Shown here: piece by piece, positions 18,305 to 26,799 of the stretch
How positions within the stretch are numbered: the stretch's first letter is position 1
Layout: each line of letters begins with the position of its first letter
Made by a program: the position numbers and the translations under genes
The notes under the pieces: model-generated
Database searches by the model: none
Seen by the model: the letters and a program-made list of their open reading frames with translations, nothing else
Told to the model about the DNA's origin: nothing
From: an uncultured Alphaproteobacteria bacterium
GTDB lineage: Bacteria > Pseudomonadota > Alphaproteobacteria > Rs-D84
NCBI GenBank assembly: GCA_944389235.1
Contig: CALXLO010000004.1
Coordinates: forward strand, 1-62,207
DNA length: 62,207 nucleotides
Reading direction: 5' to 3'

Positions 18305-20314
18305 ATGAAAGTCTGGGTTAATTATAATGATGCGCGGTGGCGCAAATATAAAATTAATTTTGAAAAAATTGTAAATGCGTCTGTGCGTAATGTTCGCCCC
18401 GATGCCGAGGTTTCAATTACTCTGACCAATGATGCAGAAATAAAAAAAATAAATAAACAATATCGTGATATAGATAAACCAACAAATGTGTTGTCTTTTG
18501 AATTGGGTGATGATGTTTTGTTGGGTGATATTTATATTTCGTTAGATACAGTGATGCGCGAAGCAGAATCTGAAAATATATCTGTGGAAAATCATACCAC
18601 ACACATGGTTGTGCATGGGATGTTGCATTTACAAGGCTATGACCATATTCGCGATGATGATGCAGTTATAATGGAAAATCAGGAAATAAAAATATTAAAA
18701 AAATTACATATCAAAAATCCGTATACGGCGGATTCGTGCACATACAGCGATACTTGTTCTTGCCCAGGCGATAAATTTATTGCATTTTTTAATAAAATAA
18801 AAATTCGTCCAGACGGGTTTTGGCAATATGTCATTATGGCGCTGTGTGGTGCAATCGCGGCATTTGGTTTTGCGCCATTTAATTTGTGGTGGGCAACATT
18901 AATTGCAATTGGCGTGGCGTATTATTTAATGACACGCGGTTATAAAAAATATTCTGTTTTTGGGGCGTGGCTGCGCGCTGCGCCGTTCGGGGCGGCGTAT
19001 GCAATCGCTATGTTTTGGTGGGTTATAAATTCAATATATGTTGTACCAGAACTGGCGGCACAATTTGCAATATGGACAATCCCAGCCTTGATTGGAATCG
19101 GTTTGGTTGGGGCGATAATATTTTCGATACCATTTGTTGTTGTTATGTGTGTGCGCACTGTGCCGGCATGTCGGGCAATTTTGTTTGCTGCGGTGTGGAC
19201 ATTGGTGCTGTGGCTGCGTGAATGGGTGTTTACAGGATTTCCGTGGAATCCAATCGCAAACATTACGATGCCGTTTCCAGAATTGGCAAATTCTATGTCT
19301 GTGTGGGGGGCACTGGGGTTAAGTTTTATAATTGTTGGATTTATTGTATCTGTTGTTGATGTTATTGCACGACGCGGAAAAATGTGTTGGTTCCCGTTTA
19401 TAATATTCTTGTCTTTATTAATCTGTGGGGGATTTATCGGATATAAAAATATTAAATATTCGCAGTGTGATGGCGAAAATTATGGGCCGGTAATTCGTAT
19501 AGTGCAACCAGCACGCAGCGCATCGCAAAAGGCAACACATTCGCGCAGTGATGCAATTCGTAATGCAAATGAAAATGTCCGCGCCATGATTGCGTTGGCA
19601 ACTGCGCCAGGGGCACCAGATTTAATTGTATTTCCGGAAACTTCGTATCCGTTTGTAATAACAGACGGCGATAATATGCCAATTGCGCATATACTAAAAT
19701 CAGATATATTGATTGGTGCAACAACATATTCAGATGGTTTGATGTATAATTCATTAATTTCTGCGTTACCAAGCGGGCAAATTAATCATATATACAGCAA
19801 ATCACACTTGGTGCCGTTTGGTGAATATCGACCGTTTGGTGATATTATTCCAACCCCCGGTCAGTTAACCCCAGGTACAGGACCAGAAATTATGACAATT
19901 AATGGTTTTAATTTTGCGCCGGCAATATGTTATGAGATTGTGTTTTCTGATTCATTGATTCCTGTAAACGAAAATCCGAACGCGATTGTCAATATTACAA
20001 ATGATACTTGGTTTGGTACAACCCCGGGAACATATCAACATCTGGATATGGTGCGCAGATATGCCATAGAATCTGGGGTGCCGATTGTTCGTGCAAATTA
20101 TTCAGGTATCAGTGCTTTTGTTAATTCAGATGGTGAAATTTCGTCTTTTATCCCGGTCGGTGTTTCGGGGTATGCGGATGGCACGGTATGTGGCGCACAT
20201 CTGACGGCATATCGTGCAATTGGCCGCGATGGATGGATGATAATTATATTGCTGTTTTCGTGTATCTGTGTGATGTTTTTGAACTATCGTTGTGAAGAAA
20301 ATAAACCATTATGA
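18305..20314 (+). CDS. in-frame fusion of the rRNA maturation RNase YbeY and apolipoprotein N-acyltransferase Lnt
   Basis: Residues 1-~140 are YbeY (NVLSFE, HGMLHLQGYDH). Residues ~165-669 are Lnt: an 8-TM region plus a nitrilase-like domain (FPETSYPF, KSHLVPFGEY, ICYEIVF). There is no stop codon between them. Confidence 0.85.
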   Translation: MKVWVNYNDARWRKYKINFEKIVNASVRNVRPDAEVSITLTNDAEIKKINKQYRDIDKPTNVLSFELGDDVLLGDIYISLDTVMREAESENISVENHTTHMVVHGMLHLQGYDHIRDDDAVIMENQEIKILKKLHIKNPYTADSCTYSDTCSCPGDKFIAFFNKIKIRPDGFWQYVIMALCGAIAAFGFAPFNLWWATLIAIGVAYYLMTRGYKKYSVFGAWLRAAPFGAAYAIAMFWWVINSIYVVPELAAQFAIWTIPALIGIGLVGAIIFSIPFVVVMCVRTVPACRAILFAAVWTLVLWLREWVFTGFPWNPIANITMPFPELANSMSVWGALGLSFIIVGFIVSVVDVIARRGKMCWFPFIIFLSLLICGGFIGYKNIKYSQCDGENYGPVIRIVQPARSASQKATHSRSDAIRNANENVRAMIALATAPGAPDLIVFPETSYPFVITDGDNMPIAHILKSDILIGATTYSDGLMYNSLISALPSGQINHIYSKSHLVPFGEYRPFGDIIPTPGQLTPGTGPEIMTINGFNFAPAICYEIVFSDSLIPVNENPNAIVNITNDTWFGTTPGTYQHLDMVRRYAIESGVPIVRANYSGISAFVNSDGEISSFIPVGVSGYADGTVCGAHLTAYRAIGRDGWMIIILLFSCICVMFLNYRCEENKPL

Positions 20315-20342
20315 TATTTTATTTTCATTAATATTACAATTG

Positions 20343-20351
20343 TGATATAAC
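20343..20351 (+). promoter_or_regulatory. possible extended -10 promoter element for RNA copy 1
   Basis: TGaTATAAC ends 6 nt before the first nucleotide of the P0 hairpin (20358). No good -35 element. Confidence 0.3.
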
Positions 20352-20357
20352 CATCAT

Positions 20358-20533
20358 GACGCTGAGGGTTTCAGCGTTGGGCTTCATAACCCGTGAACGG
20401 CGTTCCGCGTGGAACGAAAAAACTCCTGCATGGCAAAAAGGCAGGAGAATTGCGTTATATATCGAAGGCGCAATGCTATTCCGTTCAATAGTTATGAATC
20501 TCCTGCCACCGGTAAGTATTTACGGTGGTTTTT
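20358..20533 (+). ncRNA. structured RNA, copy 1 (unassigned class; candidate cis-regulatory leader or riboswitch with intrinsic terminator)
   Basis: Helices P0-P5 plus a terminator, all conserved by compensatory changes with copy 2 at 27637-27812. It ends 20 nt upstream of ATG 20553. Confidence 0.6.
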
Positions 20534-20552
20534 GTCTGTTACGGGGGAAAAT

Positions 20553-21467
20553 ATGCGAATGCGAAATTTGTTGTTTGGTGCCGTATGCATGGCGATATAT
20601 TGTCCAATAAATGCGATTGCTGATGCATCTGTGTGTGAAGAAGAATACAGGACCTGTATGGAACAACAGGGGATGTCTGTGGATGAATATTTTGTTACAG
20701 ATGGTCAAGATGCCGTCTTTTTGGCCGATGCAGAAATGCAAGCGCAACTGGATGAAATAAAAGAAGCATTAACCGGGCGCGATTATCCGTTTGTACAATC
20801 GTTGAATGCGTTACCAATTGAACGACAAATGCGACGCGTACGCGGATATTTGGCGGATAAATCTTTTCAATATTATAAAAATAAATATATGGCGATGTTA
20901 CAAGATGTGTCTGAACTGACAGGGCGGGCAATTAAAACACAAAATACCGATGGACAAGAAATTTCGTGGTTGGACCGGGGACAATTAGATAATATGGATG
21001 TTTGTTATAATTTGTTGGAAAGACAGGCGTGCGACTATCCAGATGGTTTTTTAGAGTTTTCTGTAACACATAATATGCGTGAACCACAATCGTTGTTGGT
21101 GCAAATGGATTCACCAGAAACAAATACGCATTATTCTATATCAATTCAGTTAACTAATGACAGTACGATGGCCTTTTCAAGTGAACTATATGCCCAGTAC
21201 GATAATATCAGATTAAGGGTGATGGCAGAAGAGTATGACTATGATGATTGGTATGTATGGCGTAATCAAGAGGTTGCAGATATTCGTGCCGGAAAATACA
21301 TTCCAATGCCAGACGGTGAACAGCCAGATGAAAATTCACCGTTTGGTGCAATGGCAATAAAAATGGATGATACGCGTGAGTGGGAATCTAATAATCTCCC
21401 CAGTGTGCGCGCCAAGGGCAGAATACGGGAATACAGCGCATCTGATACATCAACATTTGGTCGGTGA
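20553..21467 (+). CDS. secreted hypothetical protein
   Basis: ATG 20553 is preceded by a GGGGGA SD. Signal-peptide-like N-terminus MRMRNLLFGAVCMAIYCPINAIA. I recognise no domain. The longer track ORF would read through the structured RNA. Confidence 0.6.
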   Translation: MRMRNLLFGAVCMAIYCPINAIADASVCEEEYRTCMEQQGMSVDEYFVTDGQDAVFLADAEMQAQLDEIKEALTGRDYPFVQSLNALPIERQMRRVRGYLADKSFQYYKNKYMAMLQDVSELTGRAIKTQNTDGQEISWLDRGQLDNMDVCYNLLERQACDYPDGFLEFSVTHNMREPQSLLVQMDSPETNTHYSISIQLTNDSTMAFSSELYAQYDNIRLRVMAEEYDYDDWYVWRNQEVADIRAGKYIPMPDGEQPDENSPFGAMAIKMDDTREWESNNLPSVRAKGRIREYSASDTSTFGR

Positions 21468-21469
21468 TT

Positions 21470-21714
21470 ATGAATATGAAACATGTAATGTTGCTTTTTT
21501 TCATATTAATTACACCAATTATGGATGCAATGGCAATTGATGCAGTACCCCAAAATCCGTACGCTGATTTATACGATGAAACAGAAATGTTAGAAATTGT
21601 CAGTCTGTTAATTTGCAAACAGGTGGAATAACACTGGGGGTTGGCAGTGTTGGTGGTGCCGTTGGTAATGTATTAATCAATGGACTGGGTGGTAATTCGG
21701 GTACCAATGATTAA
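21470..21714 (+). pseudogene. decayed paralogue of the glycine-zipper protein gene at 33296-34040
   Basis: A 53-codon ORF gives a signal peptide plus AIDAVPQNPYADLYDE (compare AGIDDLDLGNNPYLPIYQK). After a stop, another frame encodes GGITLGVGSVGGAVGNVLINGLGGNSGTND* (compare GGIILGSGVVGGAVGNLIINAGDNPD*). Confidence 0.55.
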
Positions 21715-21914
21715 GTTTTTAACTGGGTCAGAATCCATACGCGTATCGCAGATGATAGGTTTGTGCCCGGCGCACGCGTATCATCAATTTCTGTTATTAT
21801 CGACGCAACAGATTTTTTCTTGTCTTTGGCGATGCGTTGCAGTTCGTCCACAAATTCGCGTTCCAGCGATATGCTGGTTTGATGTCCTGATAAAGATACA
21901 GACAATTTTGTCAT
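21711..21914 (-). CDS. ribbon-helix-helix (RHH_4-like) protein
   Basis: SVSLSGHQTSISLEREFVDELQRIAKDKKKSVASIITEID...NLSSAIRVWIL matches the alphaproteobacterial RHH_4 pattern. Start chosen at MTKLSV. Confidence 0.75.
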   Translation of the reverse strand: MTKLSVSLSGHQTSISLEREFVDELQRIAKDKKKSVASIITEIDDTRAPGTNLSSAIRVWILTQLKT

Positions 21915-21916
21915 AA

Positions 21917-22366
21917 TTAAAATTTCCCCGCCATCAAGCAATCGTACATCCCAGCCCATGGATTGTCATATTTGCGCATAACAGATGTGTTCATATTATT
22001 TAACATATAACATGTACCAAACGAATCAAACCCCAGCCAAAATAAATCGTTGCGTCCAAATATTGTTTTTCCCCGCAGTTGTGTAATTGCAGATAATTCA
22101 GAATTTATTGTCTGGATATTAGGTACAGGATATTTTATTCCGCGATGTATGGGGTGCGGACCAAATATATATCCGCTGTCCATAATAATTCCGCCGCATT
22201 GCGCGTATAATTCAATTAAAAATCCGGGTAATATAGCCGCCCGCATTTGTTGCAATGTTGTGTTGGCAAGTATTATTTCTTGTTGTGATGCCGCAGGTGC
22301 CAAGTACGCGTTATGCGTCTGTAAGGCGGTCAAGAAATCTGTACATGTTGCTATGTTTTTATTCAT
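21917..22366 (-). CDS. SUKH/SMI1-KNR4-like protein (candidate immunity-type protein)
   Basis: 149 aa. The layout ...SQQEI..A...L...ILPGFLIELYAQCGG...IFG...FGRNDLFWLGFDSFGTCYML... resembles SMI1_KNR4. Recognised by eye only. Confidence 0.45.
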   Translation of the reverse strand: MNKNIATCTDFLTALQTHNAYLAPAASQQEIILANTTLQQMRAAILPGFLIELYAQCGGIIMDSGYIFGPHPIHRGIKYPVPNIQTINSELSAITQLRGKTIFGRNDLFWLGFDSFGTCYMLNNMNTSVMRKYDNPWAGMYDCLMAGKF

Positions 22367-22374
22367 GTTGATTT

Positions 22375-22884
22375 TTATACCTCTATCCCGCGGTCTGCCG
22401 CAATTTGTGCCGCCATTTGACTAAGTCTGTCGGATGTTGCATTACCGCCATCGCCCCCGGCGGCGCTGTGTGTTGGGACATATATCTTTTTCACCGGATT
22501 CGGCAGCCATATAATATCTGCATCAGATTGTGATAAAATAAATCTATCCAAATTATGCGAATGCGGAAATGTCCAGCACATAAATAAATTTTCTGTCGTT
22601 AATTGTCCGCCCCATACCAATGGTATACGAAATCTGAACGATAAATTAGGCGGCAATCCGTGTCCTGTTATTAATGACATAAATTCTTCTTGGGTCAGGT
22701 TCAGAAACGCCAGTTCTTCGACCGAATCGGTTAATGACAGCGTAAATTCATGACATAGTCGTTTATATGTTTGAAACCAGTCTGGGGCAACAACAGATGG
22801 GGTAGGGCTGAACTGGGTTAATGGCATGTCTGACATGCCCATTTCCGCCAGTTGTTTTTCAGCCATTTCCTTGGTTAATTGCAT
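22375..22884 (-). CDS. hypothetical protein with a degenerate HNH (beta-beta-alpha-Me) like segment
   Basis: RFRIPLVWGGQLTTENLFMCWTFPHSHNL parallels the HNH consensus HxIPLSxGGxxxxxNLxxLCxxCH, but the first His position is Phe/Arg. Its start overlaps the upstream stop by 1 nt (TAATG). Confidence 0.45.
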   Translation of the reverse strand: MQLTKEMAEKQLAEMGMSDMPLTQFSPTPSVVAPDWFQTYKRLCHEFTLSLTDSVEELAFLNLTQEEFMSLITGHGLPPNLSFRFRIPLVWGGQLTTENLFMCWTFPHSHNLDRFILSQSDADIIWLPNPVKKIYVPTHSAAGGDGGNATSDRLSQMAAQIAADRGIEV

Positions 22885-23843
22885 TACTTTATGCCTATGT
22901 GATTAATAACCGCGTCAATATATTGTGAATATGCGTCAAACATACCGTCATCGTCGTCTGGCAGTGGCGGGTTTGGATATTCACTCATATATTTGCGCAA
23001 ATCAGATACCGTGTCAAACATCAATACATCTTGAAATTCGGATACTGCCGCATCAGGCGCAGCGATTACAAAACCATTTATGTTTATATCTGTTTCGTCC
23101 AGTGTGCTGGTAAATATTTGATTAAGTCTGTCCATAACGGCGCGTATATCAGTTGTTTTTATGCCAACACCGCCAATCCAAATATTTTCGTTTGTGCCGA
23201 TTGCAATCAGTGCAATTGGAATATTATTTATACGCGGATGCGGTTTTATAACATAACCAGCAGATTCAAATATTTCTTGGATTTCAGATAAATCTTGCTG
23301 GGGCAGCGCCGCAGGTGTATTAGTTGTGTCATGTTGTGGTTGCGGCATCGCGGATGCCGGTTGTGCGGTGTGCTGGGTATAAAGTTTTGTTGTGTCAATC
23401 GCAGATAAATTTAATCGTGGTGGTCGCGCAGTATCTGATGGCGCAGAATTATGCGGTGTTGGAACCGGTGATTGACTGGTCCCAGATATAATGTCCAATG
23501 TTGATGCGGCTGAATCAGATGTTTTTGTATCATCTGTTTTGTTTGTTGTTTTTTGTTTGTGTTCAACACGCATAATTGGCAATTTGATTTTTCGCCGCCG
23601 TGGTCGCAGAATAAAATATAAACTGGTAATTGCAATAAATACAATCATAACCAGTGATATATAAAAGCCCGGCCGTACAGGTGTTTGTGCCGCCTGCATA
23701 TATGACAAGTATTGCCAATGTTGCCCAGAAAATATGTTAAAACCATATACTGTATTAAACCAAAAACATGTCCCCAGTGTTATAGCCAACAGCCATAATG
23801 CGCATAACAGTATATAATCTAGTCTGAATTTCATAATTTTCAT
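22884..23843 (-). CDS. 2-TM membrane protein with a P/T/Q-rich linker and a C-terminal globular domain of unknown function
   Basis: Two N-terminal hydrophobic helices, then RPRRRKIK, then a ~90-aa low-complexity linker, then a ~135-aa domain (IQEIFESAGYVIKPH...IALIAIGTNENIWIGGVGIK...). Confidence 0.6.
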   Translation of the reverse strand: MKIMKFRLDYILLCALWLLAITLGTCFWFNTVYGFNIFSGQHWQYLSYMQAAQTPVRPGFYISLVMIVFIAITSLYFILRPRRRKIKLPIMRVEHKQKTTNKTDDTKTSDSAASTLDIISGTSQSPVPTPHNSAPSDTARPPRLNLSAIDTTKLYTQHTAQPASAMPQPQHDTTNTPAALPQQDLSEIQEIFESAGYVIKPHPRINNIPIALIAIGTNENIWIGGVGIKTTDIRAVMDRLNQIFTSTLDETDININGFVIAAPDAAVSEFQDVLMFDTVSDLRKYMSEYPNPPLPDDDDGMFDAYSQYIDAVINHIGIK

Positions 23844-23886
23844 TTGATTTTAATTATAGCATATTTGTGATAAAGTAAAAAGCGTA

Positions 23887-24555
23887 ATGATTAATAACGA
23901 TTTTATTCTTGATAATGATAAACAGATGTCTTTGTGGTGTGCCCCCGATGCAGAACCAACTGATTTAGCGCACGCAGCATCGCGTATCATTGCGCATGGC
24001 GGGGCAAATATATCAGTGGTCCCTGATGCTGTGTCTGTTATATGGCCTTGGTTGGAAAATAAAAATGCTAGAATTTTATCGCGATTTTATATAACAAAAA
24101 CAGATTCAGATACTATGTCTGATGTTGTGAAAAATATAAATACAGTATTCAAACATGGTGCAGATGGCGCGCAATTGTTTATGAAATTCAAAGATATGTC
24201 GTCTGTTGTTTCACAAATGCGACAAATTCGTGATGATTTATTTTTTAACAAGTCTTTGTTTTTCGGGTTTGATATGCGCGATATTGGTCCGTATTCGTGG
24301 GGCGATGTGTGGGCGGCGATTCGCGATATGCGCGCAAATGGTGTTTTACTGGCGATGCCGCGCGACAGTGGTGAAAAATCAGACTTTGTCGGTCGTGTAT
24401 ATGCGGCATTAAATGCAGCAGATAATATAAATTGCGAATTGCATTTTTATGTTGCGTCCACGCGCGTGGAACAAGTGTCGCGTCTGGTTCAGGCAATGCG
24501 ACCTGATTTAATGCAACAGACACAATTTTTCTTTAATGCGTCGGCGCGTGAATAA
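23887..24555 (+). CDS. hypothetical protein
   Basis: 222-aa ORF divergent from the 23843 operon. No TM segment or signal peptide. Only a vague alpha/beta-barrel-like pattern, so not assigned. Confidence 0.5.
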   Translation: MINNDFILDNDKQMSLWCAPDAEPTDLAHAASRIIAHGGANISVVPDAVSVIWPWLENKNARILSRFYITKTDSDTMSDVVKNINTVFKHGADGAQLFMKFKDMSSVVSQMRQIRDDLFFNKSLFFGFDMRDIGPYSWGDVWAAIRDMRANGVLLAMPRDSGEKSDFVGRVYAALNAADNINCELHFYVASTRVEQVSRLVQAMRPDLMQQTQFFFNASARE

Positions 24556-25174
24556 TCAAGTATTTTGGTGTTTGCGTACCTGCCATATTTTTTTGCTGGT
24601 ACCGTGTGCGAATCGTTTTTATGTCTGGGGTTGTGTATGTTAAATCAGCGATTCGTGATTGATTTATAATCCAGTCATAATATTCCCAATGGTCTGTACC
24701 AATTATTATTTCACCATTTTTCGTTAACCGATTTGATAATTGATGTAAAAAATCAGCGTGCAACAAGCGGCGCTTTTCGTGTCGTGCCTTGGGCCAGGGG
24801 TCTGGATGCAGTATCCAAATTTGTTCAAATTGCGAATCGGTATTACGCAGAAAATCGCGCACATCGTCGGCAAAAATACGAATGTTTTTATATTCGTCGC
24901 GAACAGCATTCAATTCGTTCGTAATTGCAGATAATAATGACGCAACGCCATTCATAAATGGTTCTGCGCCAATTATGATTTTTCCCGGGTTTTGCCGGGC
25001 AATTTCACGCAAATGTTCACCCGCGCCGAATCCAATTTCCAGTATTTTACCGGTATTTGCCGGCAAATTTGTGGGTAAAATTGTTGGTAAAATCCGGTCA
25101 ATCAGCATCGTTTGACGGGCCGATAATTTTTTGCCGTGTCTGCGGCCAAATGTTCTTAATTCTTGTTTTTCCAT
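24533..25174 (-). CDS. trmB: tRNA (guanine-N7)-methyltransferase
   Basis: Motifs ILEIGFGAGEHL (SAM-binding), HPDPWPKARHEKRRL. Start set to MEKQELRTF (ATG 25174). Confidence 0.9.
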   Translation of the reverse strand: MEKQELRTFGRRHGKKLSARQTMLIDRILPTILPTNLPANTGKILEIGFGAGEHLREIARQNPGKIIIGAEPFMNGVASLLSAITNELNAVRDEYKNIRIFADDVRDFLRNTDSQFEQIWILHPDPWPKARHEKRRLLHADFLHQLSNRLTKNGEIIIGTDHWEYYDWIINQSRIADLTYTTPDIKTIRTRYQQKNMAGTQTPKYLIIHAPTH

Positions 25175-25221
25175 ATATTTAGTATAAAATTCGAAAGTTG
25201 ATAAAACAAGGATATTTAATA

Positions 25222-26799
25222 ATGAGACAAGGTTTATCCCCAGATTTAATTGCGCGTGTGTTGGGCGGTGCGCCAAAATATACTTTGGCAGAGTTAGAGG
25301 AAAAATTCCCGCCGCGTAATTTGCCGGATGGTGCGTTTGTAACGCGTTTTGCCCCCAGTCCCACGGGCTATATGCACATTGGCGGCATGTACCAGGCATT
25401 GATTGATTGTAAATTGGCGTATGATACGGGCGGTGTTTTTATGCTGCGCATCGAAGATACTGATACCAAGCGCGAAGTTGCAGATGCGGTTAAAATTATT
25501 CAAGATTCTATGCATCGATTTGGACTGCAATACAATGATATGCCGGAATATGGTCCGTATTACCAATCCCGGCGGCGCGATATTTATCACAGTGTGGCGG
25601 CCGATTTATTGGCGCGTGGTTTGGCGTATCCGTGCTTTTTAACCGCGGACGAGATGGCGCGCATTCGCGAAAATCAAAAGGCTGCGGGATTTGCCACCGG
25701 CATTTATGGTGAATTTGCGCGCGACCGCGATATTACCGATGATGAAATAATTCGTCGTTTGGACGCCGGCGAAGTGCCATCTGTTCGTTTGTATTCAACT
25801 GGTAACCCCGAACAACGTATTTTCTGTAAAGATGCAGTTCGTGGTTCAATTGGTTTTCCGGAAAATAACGAAGATATTGTTTTAATTAAATCAAATGACG
25901 GTTTGCCGACATATCATTTTGCGCATCTGTGCGATGACCACTTTATGCGTACAACACATGTTGTGCGTGGCGAAGAATGGTTGCCGTCATTCCCGCTGCA
26001 TATTCAATTGTTTCGCATGATGGAATGGATGCCGCCGATGTATATCCATACCGCAACAATTGATAAAATTGATGCGGATACCGGAAAACAGCGAAAATTA
26101 TCCAAGCGGCACGACCCCGAGGCGAATGTTGCATATTTCCTGAACGACGGTTGGCCAACAGGGGCGGTGTTGGAATATCTGTTTAATATTGCAGCGTCTG
26201 GATATGAAGAGGCAAAGAACAAAGGTCAGGTTAAAAATATTTGGGAATACCCGTTGCGGCCAAAAAAAATCCCGATGTCTGGCGCGTTGTTTGATATGAA
26301 AAAGTTAGAATGGTGGGCGCGCGAATTTATCGGGACACTGTCGGTGGATGAATTGGTGCAATGTGTTCGTGATTGGGCAAATGAATATGATTTGCAATGG
26401 GCGGCGCGAATCGGCAGCAACCCAGAATATCTGAAAAACATTTTGGCAATTGAACGCGATAATCCAAAGCGTATACGCAAAGATTTTATTACATGGAAAC
26501 AGACTTTGGATGAAGTGTCTTATTTTTGGGACGATTTGTTTGCACCGAATACCGAATATGCGTTTAATCACGATTTACTGTCAGCGTTTTTGAAAACATT
26601 TGATATTTGCGATGATAAAGACGCGTGGTGGAATAAAATTGTTGAAATTGCCGGAATGGCCGGTGTTAAAAATGGCGATGTTGCCATGAATTTGCGTGTT
26701 GCGTTGACGGGACGCACAAATACCCCAGACCTGTATTCAATTATGCAGGTTATGGGTTCAGACAGGGTTTGTGCACGAATAAAGGACATAATAAAATGA
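25222..26799 (+). CDS. gltX: glutamate--tRNA ligase (class I)
   Basis: Motifs RFAPSPTGYMHIGG (HIGH), RIEDTD, KLSKR (KMSKS). About 35 extra N-terminal residues. Start uncertain: ATG 25222 or TTG 25198. Confidence 0.85.
   Translation: MRQGLSPDLIARVLGGAPKYTLAELEEKFPPRNLPDGAFVTRFAPSPTGYMHIGGMYQALIDCKLAYDTGGVFMLRIEDTDTKREVADAVKIIQDSMHRFGLQYNDMPEYGPYYQSRRRDIYHSVAADLLARGLAYPCFLTADEMARIRENQKAAGFATGIYGEFARDRDITDDEIIRRLDAGEVPSVRLYSTGNPEQRIFCKDAVRGSIGFPENNEDIVLIKSNDGLPTYHFAHLCDDHFMRTTHVVRGEEWLPSFPLHIQLFRMMEWMPPMYIHTATIDKIDADTGKQRKLSKRHDPEANVAYFLNDGWPTGAVLEYLFNIAASGYEEAKNKGQVKNIWEYPLRPKKIPMSGALFDMKKLEWWAREFIGTLSVDELVQCVRDWANEYDLQWAARIGSNPEYLKNILAIERDNPKRIRKDFITWKQTLDEVSYFWDDLFAPNTEYAFNHDLLSAFLKTFDICDDKDAWWNKIVEIAGMAGVKNGDVAMNLRVALTGRTNTPDLYSIMQVMGSDRVCARIKDIIK

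Noticed and set aside
20356-20552. Track ORFs starting at 20356 and 20409 that would extend the 20553 gene upstream (MERKNSCMAKRQ...).
   Set aside because: They read straight through the structured RNA and its terminator. ATG 20553 has a GGGGGA SD and starts a plausible signal peptide.
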